A stretch of DNA of 59,537 nucleotides from Parafilimonas sp. (GCA_035547495.1 DASZUY010000238.1:1-59537), one strand, 5' to 3'. Counted from the stretch's first letter, positions 38,701-49,121 are shown. Notes: generated by a model not told the origin, from the letters alone. Translations and numbers: made by a program.

Positions 38701-41700
38701 GGGGTTGTAAGTACCTGCTGATAAATAATCAGGATGCAATGACAGTGTAGCCGTACCATTACCATTATCTGTTAATGTATATGCATTTGGCACATTAGAA
38801 ACAGACCATGTTAATACATCACCTGCATTTTGATCGTGTGCAGATAAAGGAATATTTACTACATCATTTTCATTCATTGTGTAGTTAGAAATTGCATCGA
38901 TAGTTGGAACAGCATTGTTATTTACCGTTAAAGTAAATGTAGTGCTGGCTGATCCGCCATGTGTATCGCTTACAGATATATTTAAGTTGTTATAAACATT
39001 AATATCTGATTGTGCAGGATTTAATACCAGCGATTCTGTACCGCCATTATTTACCAAACTTGCAAATGCGGGCAATGTACCTGTATAAGATAATACATCA
39101 CCATCAGCATCATTAGCCGTTACATTTATTGTAGTGGTAGTACCAGCGGGTGCTGTTATAGCATTTAACTGGGGTATTACCGGTGCATTGTTTTTTGTGG
39201 TTGCAGATGCTGTTGCAGGAGAACTTGTTCCGCCAACACCTACAGCCTGTATTTGATAATAATGGGTAAGGTTTGCATTAAGACCTGTATCAGAATAAGA
39301 AGTAGCATTAGCTGCAAGCGTAGCTAATGAAATATAATTTGAATTATCGCCAATTGATCTTAATAACTGGTAGCTTGTAGCACCTGATACAGTATTCCAT
39401 GTTAATGAAATCTGTGATGCAGATGTTGCATTTGCAATAAAGTTAGCCGGAGCATTTGGTGCTGCAGGCATAGCTAATGTAGTTGCAGATGGAACTGCGC
39501 CAATGTTTGCCCTGTATAAAGCAGAAGTTGGAATTGTTACATAGCTAAACGTGCCAGGAACTTTATATTGCATTGACATGTTAGCGCCGCCACCCTGTTG
39601 GAAAAATTCAACCGTAATTGGATAAGTACCAACAGATAAAGAAACAGAACTGCTAGTTACCGTTGTAGAACCGTGTAAACCATCATTGTTAACAGTAGGT
39701 GTTCCGCTTGCACTATTTGAATTTATCCATAATGCACTACCATCATCAGATGTAGTCTGGAATGTGTATGAACCAGATTTTGTAATTTTCAAATATCCAT
39801 GCCATACAAAACCATAATTAGTAGACTGCGTAGCAACGCTAATATCTGTAGTTGAAGAATAACCTGTTTTAGACGGCGTTAATGTTGTAAAGTCTGGAAG
39901 TACAGACCATGTGCCGGTATAGAAGTAGTAATTCAAGCCGTTGGTTGAGCTTGCAGTTGTGTCCTGCTTGCTTAAGCCTGAGTTACCATATTTATTAATA
40001 GCCTGAACTTTATAATAATAAGTGGTAGAAGCTGCCAATGCAGAATCAGTAAAGCTAGTTGTGTTTGCAGCAACGGTACCTGCAATCTGATAATTGCCAT
40101 TAGCACTTGTTGCACGGTATACTTCAAACCCTGTTTCGTTATTGCTTTTATCAGCCCAGTTAACTTTTATTTTATTATAAGTAAGCGCTGTTGCTGTAAC
40201 AGTAGTGGGTACAGCAGGTACAGAACCTGAATTAACATAAGTACCTACAAAGTATTTGTTATCGATGTTGTGCTGACTTGAATTTCCGAACAGTGCGGTA
40301 CATGCCCATGATACAGACATATTTGCCCCGCCACCTGCCTGGAAGAATTCAATACAAATCGGATAGATACCAGCAGTTAAAGTAATTGATGAGCCGGTTT
40401 TTGTTTGAGAAGCATGAGCTCCGTCATTATTAACTGTAGGCGTGCCGGTAGGCGTATAAGAATTGAACCATAATGCACTGCCATCATCTGAAGTTGTACC
40501 AAATGTATATGTACCATTAACAGGCACCTGGATATATCCCTGCCACAAGAAACCGTAGTTGCTGCTTTGCGTTGCTACAGAAATATCAGTGTTGGAAGAT
40601 ACGCCCTGCGCAACCGGAGTTAATGTTGAGAAAGCAGGTAACACACTCCATGCGTTATTGGTTGTATAATAACTGTATTTAAGACCACCGAGTATTGGTT
40701 CAGCCGTAATTTGGTTGCTGGCACCAGAAGTATTGTTGCTTCCGTCAACAGCAGTTACATAAATAGCGTAAGGCTGGCTTTGAACAAGACCGGTCAAAAC
40801 AAAGCTTGTTTGTTTTGTAACATTTGAAAGAGAACCGTTAACGTAAATATTGTAACGATCAACACCCACATTATCAGTTGAGGCATCCCATGCTATTGTT
40901 ATAGTAGATGGCGTTGTATATGCCGTTCTGAGATTTCCCGGATTTGAAGGAGCTGTAGTATCTGAAGAAGTTGTTGTACTGGCTTCGTTAGATAAAGCTG
41001 CAGCGCCGGTAGAATCTATTGCGCGGATTGAATAAAAATATTTTGTTTTAGGAGAAAGATTAGAATCAGTGTAGCTATCTATTGATGGGTCAACTTGACC
41101 AACATAAGAATAATTTCCACTGCTTACACCTCTGTAAATTTCAAATGCAGTCGGTGGGTTCGCCTGTTGTGCGGGGCTACTCCAGCCAAGCTGTACTTGT
41201 GTGTTAGATAAAGCATTTGCAGTTAAGCTTTTTACTGCTGCAGGAGCATTACCACCATTCGCATCAATTACTTTATATGCAGGTGAGAAAGTGCTTGAGC
41301 AGCTATATTGCTGGTTAGCCTCAACCATATAATAACCTGGCTGAGTTGCTGTATAAGTTGCGTCAGTGCTTAATACATTGTTAGAACCTACTTTCTTCCA
41401 TATATAACCAGTATAAGTTCCGTTTCCAGATACCTTTAATGTTACGTAATTTTTTCCATCGGCACCTGGTATTACGGGGCTCATCAAACCGTCAATTGCT
41501 ATTGGAGGTGTAGGGGTTGATCCCTGAACAACGATATTTACCGGTGTTCTTGACCAGTCAGACCATATTCCGCCTCTTTCCACACGCGCATAATACGTTC
41601 CTGGTTGCGTAGCCTGTATTGAATTTGATGTAGCATTTTGTATAATATTATCATTCAGTTTCCATTGGTAAGCCTGATAACCCGGCGCAACACCAATAGT

Positions 41701-42603
41701 AACATTAATATTATCGCCAGGGCAAAATTGAGTTCTGCCAAATAACGTCCATGGGTTAGAACTGTAAGCTCTTGAAATAAACGGCCAAAAATCAGGCAAC
41801 AACCATGTAGAATCCCATGTATCGTGACCGAGGGTAGGAAACTCTGTTGCTCTAAAATTGGCACCTGCTGCAAGATATGCATCTCTAACCTGGTGTTCTG
41901 TGTAAGGAGCAGGAGCAGCGTCCTGACCTCCCTGCGTATTCCAAACCGGTATAAACTTGGCTTTATTAATAAAATCCTGCGTTGTAAAATTTAAAGATGC
42001 AGCAGACATAGGAATGTCGCATGCAGTATATTCAGGATGTTCATACATCATTTCCCATGTACCATCACCACCACCTGAAAGACCATTATAGCTAACAGCA
42101 AATGGATCAAGCTTATTATTTGTGATCATGTAATTAATCAGTTCAACAATAGCCTGGTATTGATTACTCTGCCAGAAACCTTGTCCCTGGCTTTGCATAC
42201 AAAATATATAACCATCAAATGTTCCGTCATCTACTGCGGCCTGAAATTTATCTCCTCCGTGGTAAAGCTGGTATTCATTGTCATAAATAGTACCTGCTTC
42301 CCCTATGCCGTGAAAGAAAACGAGCATGGGATATTTTTTCCCATCATTTGCAGTAGGGTTATAAGTTTTAGGAAAATGGAGTCTAAATGCAAATCCTTTA
42401 TATATATAGCATTTATACTCAGTTGTATTCCAGCTAAGACGTGGAGTGCGCACCCACTTGCCTATTTGCCCGTATGACGGTTGTGTAGGCGGGTGGTTTG
42501 CGTCATAATTAACAACTGCGTCATTTGGGTCCAGTATTGACTGTGCAAATGAGCTGGTTACAAATAAGCAAGCCAGGAAACATAAAATGTAAACCTTTCT
42601 CAT
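35782..42603 (-). CDS. Large T9SS protein: N-terminal esterase/peptidase-like alpha/beta hydrolase, FN3 repeats, two PA14 domains, cadherin/Ig-like domains, type A CTD
   Basis: The signal peptide begins at MRKVYIL (42603). YPMLVFFHGIGE, GLSGGG, LGHDTW; TTSDDGS x2 (PA14); W.D...NETG(F/Y) FN3 repeats; FPNPF...GVYTV CTD. Confidence 0.88.
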   Translation of the reverse strand: MRKVYILCFLACLFVTSSFAQSILDPNDAVVNYDANHPPTQPSYGQIGKWVRTPRLSWNTTEYKCYIYKGFAFRLHFPKTYNPTANDGKKYPMLVFFHGIGEAGTIYDNEYQLYHGGDKFQAAVDDGTFDGYIFCMQSQGQGFWQSNQYQAIVELINYMITNNKLDPFAVSYNGLSGGGDGTWEMMYEHPEYTACDIPMSAASLNFTTQDFINKAKFIPVWNTQGGQDAAPAPYTEHQVRDAYLAAGANFRATEFPTLGHDTWDSTWLLPDFWPFISRAYSSNPWTLFGRTQFCPGDNINVTIGVAPGYQAYQWKLNDNIIQNATSNSIQATQPGTYYARVERGGIWSDWSRTPVNIVVQGSTPTPPIAIDGLMSPVIPGADGKNYVTLKVSGNGTYTGYIWKKVGSNNVLSTDATYTATQPGYYMVEANQQYSCSSTFSPAYKVIDANGGNAPAAVKSLTANALSNTQVQLGWSSPAQQANPPTAFEIYRGVSSGNYSYVGQVDPSIDSYTDSNLSPKTKYFYSIRAIDSTGAAALSNEASTTTSSDTTAPSNPGNLRTAYTTPSTITIAWDASTDNVGVDRYNIYVNGSLSNVTKQTSFVLTGLVQSQPYAIYVTAVDGSNNTSGASNQITAEPILGGLKYSYYTTNNAWSVLPAFSTLTPVAQGVSSNTDISVATQSSNYGFLWQGYIQVPVNGTYTFGTTSDDGSALWFNSYTPTGTPTVNNDGAHASQTKTGSSITLTAGIYPICIEFFQAGGGANMSVSWACTALFGNSSQHNIDNKYFVGTYVNSGSVPAVPTTVTATALTYNKIKVNWADKSNNETGFEVYRATSANGNYQIAGTVAANTTSFTDSALAASTTYYYKVQAINKYGNSGLSKQDTTASSTNGLNYYFYTGTWSVLPDFTTLTPSKTGYSSTTDISVATQSTNYGFVWHGYLKITKSGSYTFQTTSDDGSALWINSNSASGTPTVNNDGLHGSTTVTSSSVSLSVGTYPITVEFFQQGGGANMSMQYKVPGTFSYVTIPTSALYRANIGAVPSATTLAMPAAPNAPANFIANATSASQISLTWNTVSGATSYQLLRSIGDNSNYISLATLAANATSYSDTGLNANLTHYYQIQAVGVGGTSSPATASATTKNNAPVIPQLNAITAPAGTTTTINVTANDADGDVLSYTGTLPAFASLVNNGGTESLVLNPAQSDINVYNNLNISVSDTHGGSASTTFTLTVNNNAVPTIDAISNYTMNENDVVNIPLSAHDQNAGDVLTWSVSNVPNAYTLTDNGNGTATLSLHPDYLSAGTYNPVVTVNDGNGGITTATFTLVINDKAPTQSIYVRFKYNTSIGSPWNSVTGDVTNNLVDDQGHSTNVGLALQTGWWSSYNSGVTTGNNSGVYPDAVLADYFYFGIYGGPETVDTKITGLDPSRLYNLTFFGASNFANVSDNGSTVYTIGNQSDTLRVQNNTQNTVSINGVQPAADGTITYTMSKGLNTPVGYINALVITSTYDDGNAPAAPTALTAQNAAGTGVQLTWKDVAFNESGYNVYRALSSNQVYAQIGQTGTNATSFIDTTASGNVDYSYKIAAFNTHGTSAYSNVATITTADRVPKVNAISDVILKSNQTTTVNITATDDATDHITLSVSGLPSFATFTDNGNGTGKITVTPNANSVGGYYVTVTATDNSNASSSVSFNILVSDPNISSTYISFTDGLNPVPKPWNIVAPYPFTGLSVSNLLDDSNTPTGMTLTLKNGFGNGVVESGMQPVEGVGIYPNVVMRTAFYDANTTKDTIMLTGLSTSKRYNFVFFNSHFDGKNCTTNFTIGSTTVTLNATGNISKTVQINNITPDASGRVYVVVQKASGADYNFISTMIVQSYLPTYTTIAPANLRTTTITRNSIGLQWQDRASNETGYQIWRAADGASSYTLLATVGAGTTTYNDANLATNTTYNYAVRATFSGSVYSSFSNTVKASTYGYNVYINFTANSGYWPGVSTVAGTPWNNLNAPPQVGMSFNNFLDEKGMITSTGMYETNGWSDISYYGINTGNNSGIYPDAVNIENYTEYPGQSATFQITGLNIGMKYDFTFFASNQSWSDFNTAYTINGKTTVLDASLNTNITQTIYGVTPDNYGNVTITVKTASPSSVYAFLAAMVIGGYTPSTSGTVPTLPNSGGQSGNLIQNVITSITDLLNGDDAAASKFNGEITAFPNPFHDQFTLQVPSQNSSKMQVMMYDATGKIVYRNTFSNTNQGVNSLKVVTASNLSSGVYTVVVTNMDTKATKTLKLVKQ

Positions 42604-42913
42604 GATTTTAATATTTAAATTGATTACCAAGTCAGGAAATTTAGTTTCGGTAATAAAGCGTAAAACTATCCAGGACTTTCGATGCAAATTTTCAAACTTG
42701 GCAAAAGCGCAGTTTTTGTTGGTGAAAGAAAGAAATAGGCAGGTGAAGTAAAAGTAAAAAATGCCATATGTTGGTGTTTTGGGGAATGAACGTTTCCCCG
42801 TCAATTTATCATTGTTTCAATACGGGAATCTTTTTTCTCTTTTTGAGCCGGAAAAGCAGTGGTTAGTTATACCAAACAAACGTTTAGTTTTGATGTAATC
42901 ATGCCTGATATTT

Positions 42914-44017
42914 ATGTACGATGATTCTTTTTTAGATAAAAAATTACAGGAAAGAATTGATAAAAATGCTTTGCGTAAATTAAAGTTACCACAGCGCAAA
43001 ATAGATTTTTACTCAAACGATTACCTGGGTATTGTATATAATAATTTATTAGTGAATAAAATTGATGAGCATTTAAAAACTGGGTCAACAGGCTCAAGGT
43101 TACTGGCGGGTAATTATATTTTGATTGAGGAAACGGAAAAACAAATTGCGGATTTTCATAAAGCGGAAGCAGCGCTAATTTTTAATTCAGGATATGATGC
43201 GAACATTGGCGTTTTAAGCTGTATTCCGCAAAAAGACGACTTTATATTATATGATCAGCTTTGCCATGCATCCATCCGCGATGGAATAAGATTATCATTT
43301 GCACAAAGTTTTTCTTTTGAGCATAATAATTTAAGTCAGCTCGAAAAAAGATTAAAAAGCATTGCTGATTCAGCCAATAATATTTTTATTGTAACAGAAT
43401 CTGTGTTTAGTATGGATGGCGATTTCTGTGAATTAAAAACTATTGTCGATTTATCTAAAAAATATAAAGCGCATGTTATAATAGACGAAGCACATGCAAC
43501 CGGCGTAGTCGGCGAAAAAGGTGAAGGGCTTGTTCAAAAAGAAAACTTGCAAAAGGAAATTTTTTGCAGAATTCATACTTACGGAAAAGCATGTGGTGTT
43601 CATGGCGCCGCTGTGCTTGGTTCGCAAAAATTGAAAGATTATCTTATAAATTTTGCACGCAGTTTTATTTATACAACCGCTTTGCCCGAGCACGCCGTTG
43701 CAGCAGTCAGTGCTTCCTACAAAACATTTCCTTTTTTGTGTGATGAAAGAAAACAATTACATCAGCTAATTGATCATTTTCAAAAAGCAGAATTAAAATT
43801 TCAAAAACTAATTTCAGAAACGCCTATACAAATTGTAATTATTCCCGGAAATGATGTTGTAAAAGAAATTGCTGAAAAATTGCAAAACGCAGATATTGAT
43901 GTAAGGCCAATTTTGTATCCTACAGTGCCTGCCGGAAAAGAACGGCTGCGTATTGTGTTGCATTCATTCAATACCCTGGAAGAAATTCAAAGGCTTATCA
44001 AAATTTTATCTAATTGA
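42914..44017 (+). CDS. bioF: 8-amino-7-oxononanoate synthase
   Basis: SNDYLG, GSTGSRLLAGN, SVFSMDGD, DEAHA, TYGKA, PTVP.GKERLR. Confidence 0.9.
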   Translation: MYDDSFLDKKLQERIDKNALRKLKLPQRKIDFYSNDYLGIVYNNLLVNKIDEHLKTGSTGSRLLAGNYILIEETEKQIADFHKAEAALIFNSGYDANIGVLSCIPQKDDFILYDQLCHASIRDGIRLSFAQSFSFEHNNLSQLEKRLKSIADSANNIFIVTESVFSMDGDFCELKTIVDLSKKYKAHVIIDEAHATGVVGEKGEGLVQKENLQKEIFCRIHTYGKACGVHGAAVLGSQKLKDYLINFARSFIYTTALPEHAVAAVSASYKTFPFLCDERKQLHQLIDHFQKAELKFQKLISETPIQIVIIPGNDVVKEIAEKLQNADIDVRPILYPTVPAGKERLRIVLHSFNTLEEIQRLIKILSN

Positions 44018-45393
44018 AAGAAGCACTACCAAAAGCATTGCTAGATGAGCTTGATGATGTTGAAAGTTTCAATAAAGAAAATTTTATTGCTGCTCATTCT
44101 CAGCAACTGGCAACTTCCGTTCGTTTCAATGACGAGAAACTCAAACGTTTCACATCAACCAATAAAATAACGCATCCTGATTTTATTTTAGGCGAGCAGG
44201 TTAAATGGTGTGAATTTGGTTTTTATTTAGACGAGCGTCCATTTTTCACACTTGATCCTTTGCTGCATGCAGGCGCTTATTATGTGCAGGAAGCAAGCAG
44301 TATGTTTTTGTATGAAGTTTTACAACAAACTTGTACTGATAACAATAAAAAAGTTTTGGATTTATGTGCAGCACCGGGCGGCAAAAGCAGTTTGATTGCA
44401 TCTTATTTTAAAAACAGTTTAATTGTTAGCAATGAAATTATAAAACAGCGGGCAAACATTTTGTATGAGAATATTACAAAATGGGGAGCTGCAAATATTA
44501 TTATTACAAATAATGATGCTACAGATTTTAAGCCGCTAAAAAATTATTTTGATGTGATTGTTGTTGATGCGCCATGCAGCGGCAGTGGCTTGTTTAGAAA
44601 AGATATTGATGCGATTGAAGAATGGAGTGTTGAAAATGTAAATCTGTGTAGTCAGCGGCAGCAAAGAATTTTGGCAGACGTTTATTCAGCACTAAAACAA
44701 GATGGCATTTTAATTTACTCAACCTGCTCTTATTCCAAACAGGAAGATGAAGATATTCTGGATTGGCTTAAAACAAATTTTGATCTTGATTCAATTCAAT
44801 TAAAAATAAAAGAGGAGTGGAATATTTCTGAAACGCAATCAACCAAACATAAAGCATTTGGCTATCGCTTTTGGCCGGATAAAGTAAAAGGTGAAGGTTT
44901 TTTTATTGCTGCATTTAAAAAGAGTGATGGAGATTTATCTGCATTAAAGTTCGCAAAAAATAATTTGCTAAAGGCCAATCGCAAACAAACCGAAGTCGTT
45001 TCTAACTACATCGAATCAAACGATTGGTTTTTCTTTAATCATGCAGAAAATGTAAGAGTAATAAATAGCAAATGGAAAGATGATCTTTCAATTCTTCAAA
45101 AGTATTTGCACCTGCGAAAAGCGGGCGTTAATCTTGGTGAAGTAATACGCGATGAACTGGTTCCTCATCACGAACTTGCTTTAAGCACCATCATAAAAAA
45201 CGATATTTTAAAAACCGAACTAACCAAAGAAGAAGCTTTGCAATATTTGCGCAAGCGCGAAATGAATATTGAAAATAAAAGCAAAGGATGGATATTATCC
45301 GCTTATAAAAACTTTCCGCTTGGATGGCTTAAATTGTTGCAAAACCGTATTAATAATTATTATCCCACAAATTGGCGGATAATTAAAGATTAA
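44014..45393 (+). CDS. RsmF/NOL1/NOP2-family RNA m5C methyltransferase
   Basis: YYVQEASSM, DLCAAPGGKS, DAPCSG, YSTCS, and the C-terminal NNYYP typical of RsmF/YebU. Confidence 0.92.
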   Translation: MKEALPKALLDELDDVESFNKENFIAAHSQQLATSVRFNDEKLKRFTSTNKITHPDFILGEQVKWCEFGFYLDERPFFTLDPLLHAGAYYVQEASSMFLYEVLQQTCTDNNKKVLDLCAAPGGKSSLIASYFKNSLIVSNEIIKQRANILYENITKWGAANIIITNNDATDFKPLKNYFDVIVVDAPCSGSGLFRKDIDAIEEWSVENVNLCSQRQQRILADVYSALKQDGILIYSTCSYSKQEDEDILDWLKTNFDLDSIQLKIKEEWNISETQSTKHKAFGYRFWPDKVKGEGFFIAAFKKSDGDLSALKFAKNNLLKANRKQTEVVSNYIESNDWFFFNHAENVRVINSKWKDDLSILQKYLHLRKAGVNLGEVIRDELVPHHELALSTIIKNDILKTELTKEEALQYLRKREMNIENKSKGWILSAYKNFPLGWLKLLQNRINNYYPTNWRIIKD

Positions 45394-45561
45394 ATGTTTT
45401 ACCAGCAATATATAAAAAATGTAAGTGCTTAGCTGGGGCACTGATTTATATAAATTATTTTCAGTAGTTATAAAATATATGTAACTTTCTTAAATAATTA
45501 TTCTTTCTTTAGGGCAGTTGCATTTGTGTATCATTGCTTTTATTAAACCAATCTGTACGTT

Positions 45562-46302
45562 ATGAAACAAATTGTGAGATTCATCTTAAAATTTGGATTT
45601 TGGTCAGGGCTAAGTCTATACTTTAAATTTAGGACGGGAAGAGTTGAGCACGTAAAACTTCCAAATTTGCGCCATTCTTTTTCGCTCAGAAAAAACACAT
45701 CAGATATTCCAACATTCTACAAGGTCTTTTTTTATAACGAATATGATATTGATGTTTTTAAAAAGCCTAAAGTTATTGTTGATGGAGGCTCTAATATCGG
45801 GTTGTTTGCTATTAAAATGAAAAACGAATACCCTGATTCAAAAGTTATTTGTATTGAACCTGACTTAGAAAATTTTAATCTTACCAAAAAAAATTTATCT
45901 TCTTATAATAATGTTTTTGTAGAGAACTGCGGACTTTGGAATAAAGATGCAAAATTAAAAGTGTATGATAAGTTTAATTTAGGCAAATGGGGAATGGTAG
46001 TTGAAGAGGTCTCAAACGAAGGGGATGTTAGTGCCATTTGTTTAAAATCGTTATTGCAAAAATACTCGATCGATTATATTGATGTTTTGAAACTTGATAT
46101 TGAAACGAGTGAAAAAATACTTTTTTCCAAAAATTATGAAGAATGGCTTCCCAGGGTTAAAACGATAATAATTGAACTGCACGACTGGGTTGAAGAAGGT
46201 TGCGCTAAACCATTTTTTGAAGCCATAAATAAGTCTTTTAAAAAATATTCTTATTTAGTAAAAGGAGAGAACACGATAATAGCCAATAATGATCTGGCTT
46301 AA
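45562..46302 (+). CDS. FkbM-family methyltransferase
   Basis: VDGGSNIG, IEPD, LKLDIETSE, IELH. Confidence 0.88.
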   Translation: MKQIVRFILKFGFWSGLSLYFKFRTGRVEHVKLPNLRHSFSLRKNTSDIPTFYKVFFYNEYDIDVFKKPKVIVDGGSNIGLFAIKMKNEYPDSKVICIEPDLENFNLTKKNLSSYNNVFVENCGLWNKDAKLKVYDKFNLGKWGMVVEEVSNEGDVSAICLKSLLQKYSIDYIDVLKLDIETSEKILFSKNYEEWLPRVKTIIIELHDWVEEGCAKPFFEAINKSFKKYSYLVKGENTIIANNDLA

Positions 46303-46448
46303 ATAAACCTGCACAAGAACTCTCAATATTAATGAGGTGGAATAACAAATATTTCATCTTTTATTTTTTTGCACAACCATGTTAATAATGGGCGCTGCAT
46401 CATTCGTCGCATTCTTTAAAGTTTAAATTTGCCACACAACTTTTAATT

Positions 46449-47429
46449 ATGCGAAACCTGTTTTATTTAGCCGCGGTTATATTGTTTTTGTGCAGTACAC
46501 AACCAGCATCTTCGCAAAGCAGTTATGTAAGCCATACATTAAAAACGGGCGAAACTTTATCTGATTTGGCAAAACAATACAACACGAATGTTGGTGATAT
46601 TATGCGCATGAACGGAATGCATGCTGACAGTAAACTTGTTTATGGCTCTGTTATAAAAATCCCATCAACAAAAACAAATACAGTAAAGCCGCAACAAGCG
46701 CAAAGTGTAATACATAATACAACAGTTTCCGCCGGCAACGCAATTACACATACCGTAGTTAAAGGTGAAACGTTATACAGCATTAGTAAAAAATATGGTG
46801 TTTCGGTTGCTGAATTAAAGGAGTGGAATAATCTTTCAGATAACAGTGCAAAGCTTGGAAGCAATTTAATTGTTGGACAAAACGCTAATTCATCTTCAGC
46901 TTTAAATGCACCTGTTGCAGATACAAAAAGACAAAGAGTTGAAACAATGCAGCAAACACCGTCGCAATCGCAACAGGAAACTGGATCTTCAAATAGCGAT
47001 ATTGAAGATCAAAAAACAAATGTTGATGCAACATCAAACAATAAAATTTCCAATACGCAAACAACAACTTCAGTTGTTGAAAATAATAATACAACTGCGG
47101 TTGATTTAACGCCGGTAAATGGCGAAGGCTTTTTTGAAGATCAGTTTAGTGGAAAGGCAAAACATAAGCAACACATTTCCGGTGTAAGCAAAACTTTTAA
47201 AACAGCAAGCGGATGGAGCGATGGTAAATATTATATTCTTGCAGATAATATAAGCCCCGGAACAGTTGTTAAGCTTACTGCCGATAATGGTAAAACAGTT
47301 TATGCAAAAGTACTTTGGAATATGGGTGATCTAAAAGAAAATAGCGGAGTTGATTTTCGTGTGAGCAATGCAACAGCTGCGGCTTTAAATGAAAATAATC
47401 CTGCTTTTAATATCACAGTTTACTATTAA
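46449..47429 (+). CDS. LysM peptidoglycan-binding protein (two LysM domains, C-terminal RlpA/DPBB-like domain)
   Basis: HTLKTGETLSDLAKQY, HTVVKGETLYSISKKY, PGTVVKLT..NGKTVYAKV. Confidence 0.87.
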   Translation: MRNLFYLAAVILFLCSTQPASSQSSYVSHTLKTGETLSDLAKQYNTNVGDIMRMNGMHADSKLVYGSVIKIPSTKTNTVKPQQAQSVIHNTTVSAGNAITHTVVKGETLYSISKKYGVSVAELKEWNNLSDNSAKLGSNLIVGQNANSSSALNAPVADTKRQRVETMQQTPSQSQQETGSSNSDIEDQKTNVDATSNNKISNTQTTTSVVENNNTTAVDLTPVNGEGFFEDQFSGKAKHKQHISGVSKTFKTASGWSDGKYYILADNISPGTVVKLTADNGKTVYAKVLWNMGDLKENSGVDFRVSNATAAALNENNPAFNITVYY

Positions 47430-47474
47430 TATTTTGTTTGATAAACATAAGGTAAGTTCAACTAAAATTTTATA

Positions 47475-48461
47475 ATGATACGTTGGGGAATTTTAGGATG
47501 CGGACGTATTGCAAGAAAGTTTGCATCAGATTTAAGATTGGTAAAAAATGCTGAGCTTGTTGCATGCGGCGCACGCACTGCAGCCTCTGCAGAATTATTC
47601 GCAAAAGAATTTTCTATTAAGCATGTGCACGATAGTTATGAAGCTTTAGCAAAAAATAACGAAGTAGATGTTATTTATGTTGCTACACCACACAGTCATC
47701 ATTATGAACATACATTATTATGTATAGAAAATAATAAAGCTGTTTTGTGTGAAAAAGCATTTGCAATAAATTATAAGCAAGCAGAAGAGATGATTAATGC
47801 GGCGCGCAACAAAAAAATTTTTTTGATGGAAGCTGTGTGGACGAAATTTCTTCCGCCATTTACTAAAGTAAAAGAAATGATTGATGCAGGCATGTTGGGT
47901 GAAATAAAAAGCATGCAATTAAATTTCGGTTTTCGTCCACCGGAAAATGCGCCGCAAAGAATTTTTGATCCGTCTCTTGGTGGTGGAACTATACTTGACA
48001 TCGGCATTTACAATGTGTTCACTACTTTATTTTTTTTAGGTAAGCCAGATAATATTGAAGCGACTATGACACCCGCTTCAACGGGAATTGATGCACAATG
48101 TGCCGCAATATTTAATTACAATAACGGAGCAATTGCACAATTGTTTTCAACTTTTCTTTCAGACACATCTACTGAAGCAGATATATGCGGCACGAATGGA
48201 CGTGTGCGTTTAACAGCACGTTATTACACACCTTTTACTACGATTGAATATTATACAGGTAAGCCCGATACAAAACAAATTATTTCTTTGGATGAAAATG
48301 AAGATGGATTCGGTTACCAGTATGAAGCAAGACATGTTGGTGAATGTTTAGAGAAAGGATTAACTGAAAGCCCGGTGATGACGCATGCAGATACTTTATT
48401 GCTGATGGAAACGATGGATAAAATTCGCCACAAGGCAGGAATTGTTTATTCAGTGGATTAG
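47475..48461 (+). CDS. Gfo/Idh/MocA-family oxidoreductase
   Basis: WGILGCGRIA, YVATPH, VLCEK, GGGTILDIGIY. Confidence 0.92.
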   Translation: MIRWGILGCGRIARKFASDLRLVKNAELVACGARTAASAELFAKEFSIKHVHDSYEALAKNNEVDVIYVATPHSHHYEHTLLCIENNKAVLCEKAFAINYKQAEEMINAARNKKIFLMEAVWTKFLPPFTKVKEMIDAGMLGEIKSMQLNFGFRPPENAPQRIFDPSLGGGTILDIGIYNVFTTLFFLGKPDNIEATMTPASTGIDAQCAAIFNYNNGAIAQLFSTFLSDTSTEADICGTNGRVRLTARYYTPFTTIEYYTGKPDTKQIISLDENEDGFGYQYEARHVGECLEKGLTESPVMTHADTLLLMETMDKIRHKAGIVYSVD

Positions 48462-48551
48462 TTTTTTGAAGTGTATGATTTTTATTTAATTTACAAGCGT
48501 AAAAAATTTTACAGCAAATTCTATCTGACAAACAAAAACAAAAACATATAA

Positions 48552-49079
48552 ATGAAACTAACAAATCCAAAAAAAATAACCGTAATGCTGCTGCTGCTTT
48601 CAGGAGTTATAATAAGCGTTGCGGCAACAAAACCAACTCCATCAAAAATTCAAATAACTAAAGTGCAAACAACTGATACAGGATTTTTTAAAAATCTGCA
48701 GGTGTTGCCAAAAGATATAAGCAAAGACAGTTTGGATAGAATAATGCATGGCTTTACTGCTGCGCTTGGTGTGCGTTGCAATTTTTGTCATGTGTTTAAT
48801 GGCAAGCCAGATTTTGCAAGCGATGATAAAGAAGAAAAAGGTATTGCACGTTACATGATTAAAATGGCTGCCGGTATCAATGCTACCTATTTCAATTTCG
48901 AAAAATCAGACAGACCTGATACAATAACTGTAATTAAATGTGTAACCTGTCATCGTGGAAGTCCACATCCGGATGAAGCAGAAAACAATAATGGTGGTCA
49001 GGATAATATGCAACATCAGCAAACGCCACCTCCGCCACCGCCCGGCGATACTACTAATAAACCATCGCCAAATCAATAA
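48552..49079 (+). CDS. Exported diheme c-type cytochrome (reaction-centre cytochrome c family-like)
   Basis: Signal peptide, KNLQVLP, ALGVRCNFCH, AR.MI.M, CVTCHRG. Confidence 0.85.
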   Translation: MKLTNPKKITVMLLLLSGVIISVAATKPTPSKIQITKVQTTDTGFFKNLQVLPKDISKDSLDRIMHGFTAALGVRCNFCHVFNGKPDFASDDKEEKGIARYMIKMAAGINATYFNFEKSDRPDTITVIKCVTCHRGSPHPDEAENNNGGQDNMQHQQTPPPPPPGDTTNKPSPNQ

Positions 49080-49091
49080 AAATAATTATAG

Positions 49092-49114
49092 AAGCAGCTT
49101 TAAAAGCTGCTTTT
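49092..49114. terminator. Bidirectional terminator hairpin between convergent genes
   Basis: AAGCAGCTTT-A-AAAGCTGCTTTTT. Confidence 0.7.
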
Positions 49115-49121
49115 TATTTTT

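Noticed and set aside
42604-42913. Riboswitch or N-terminal extension upstream of the large esterase gene
   Set aside because: Only a small GGGGAA/TTCCCC hairpin is seen and no known aptamer is recognised. The signal peptide begins at 42603, so the 42804 start is unlikely.
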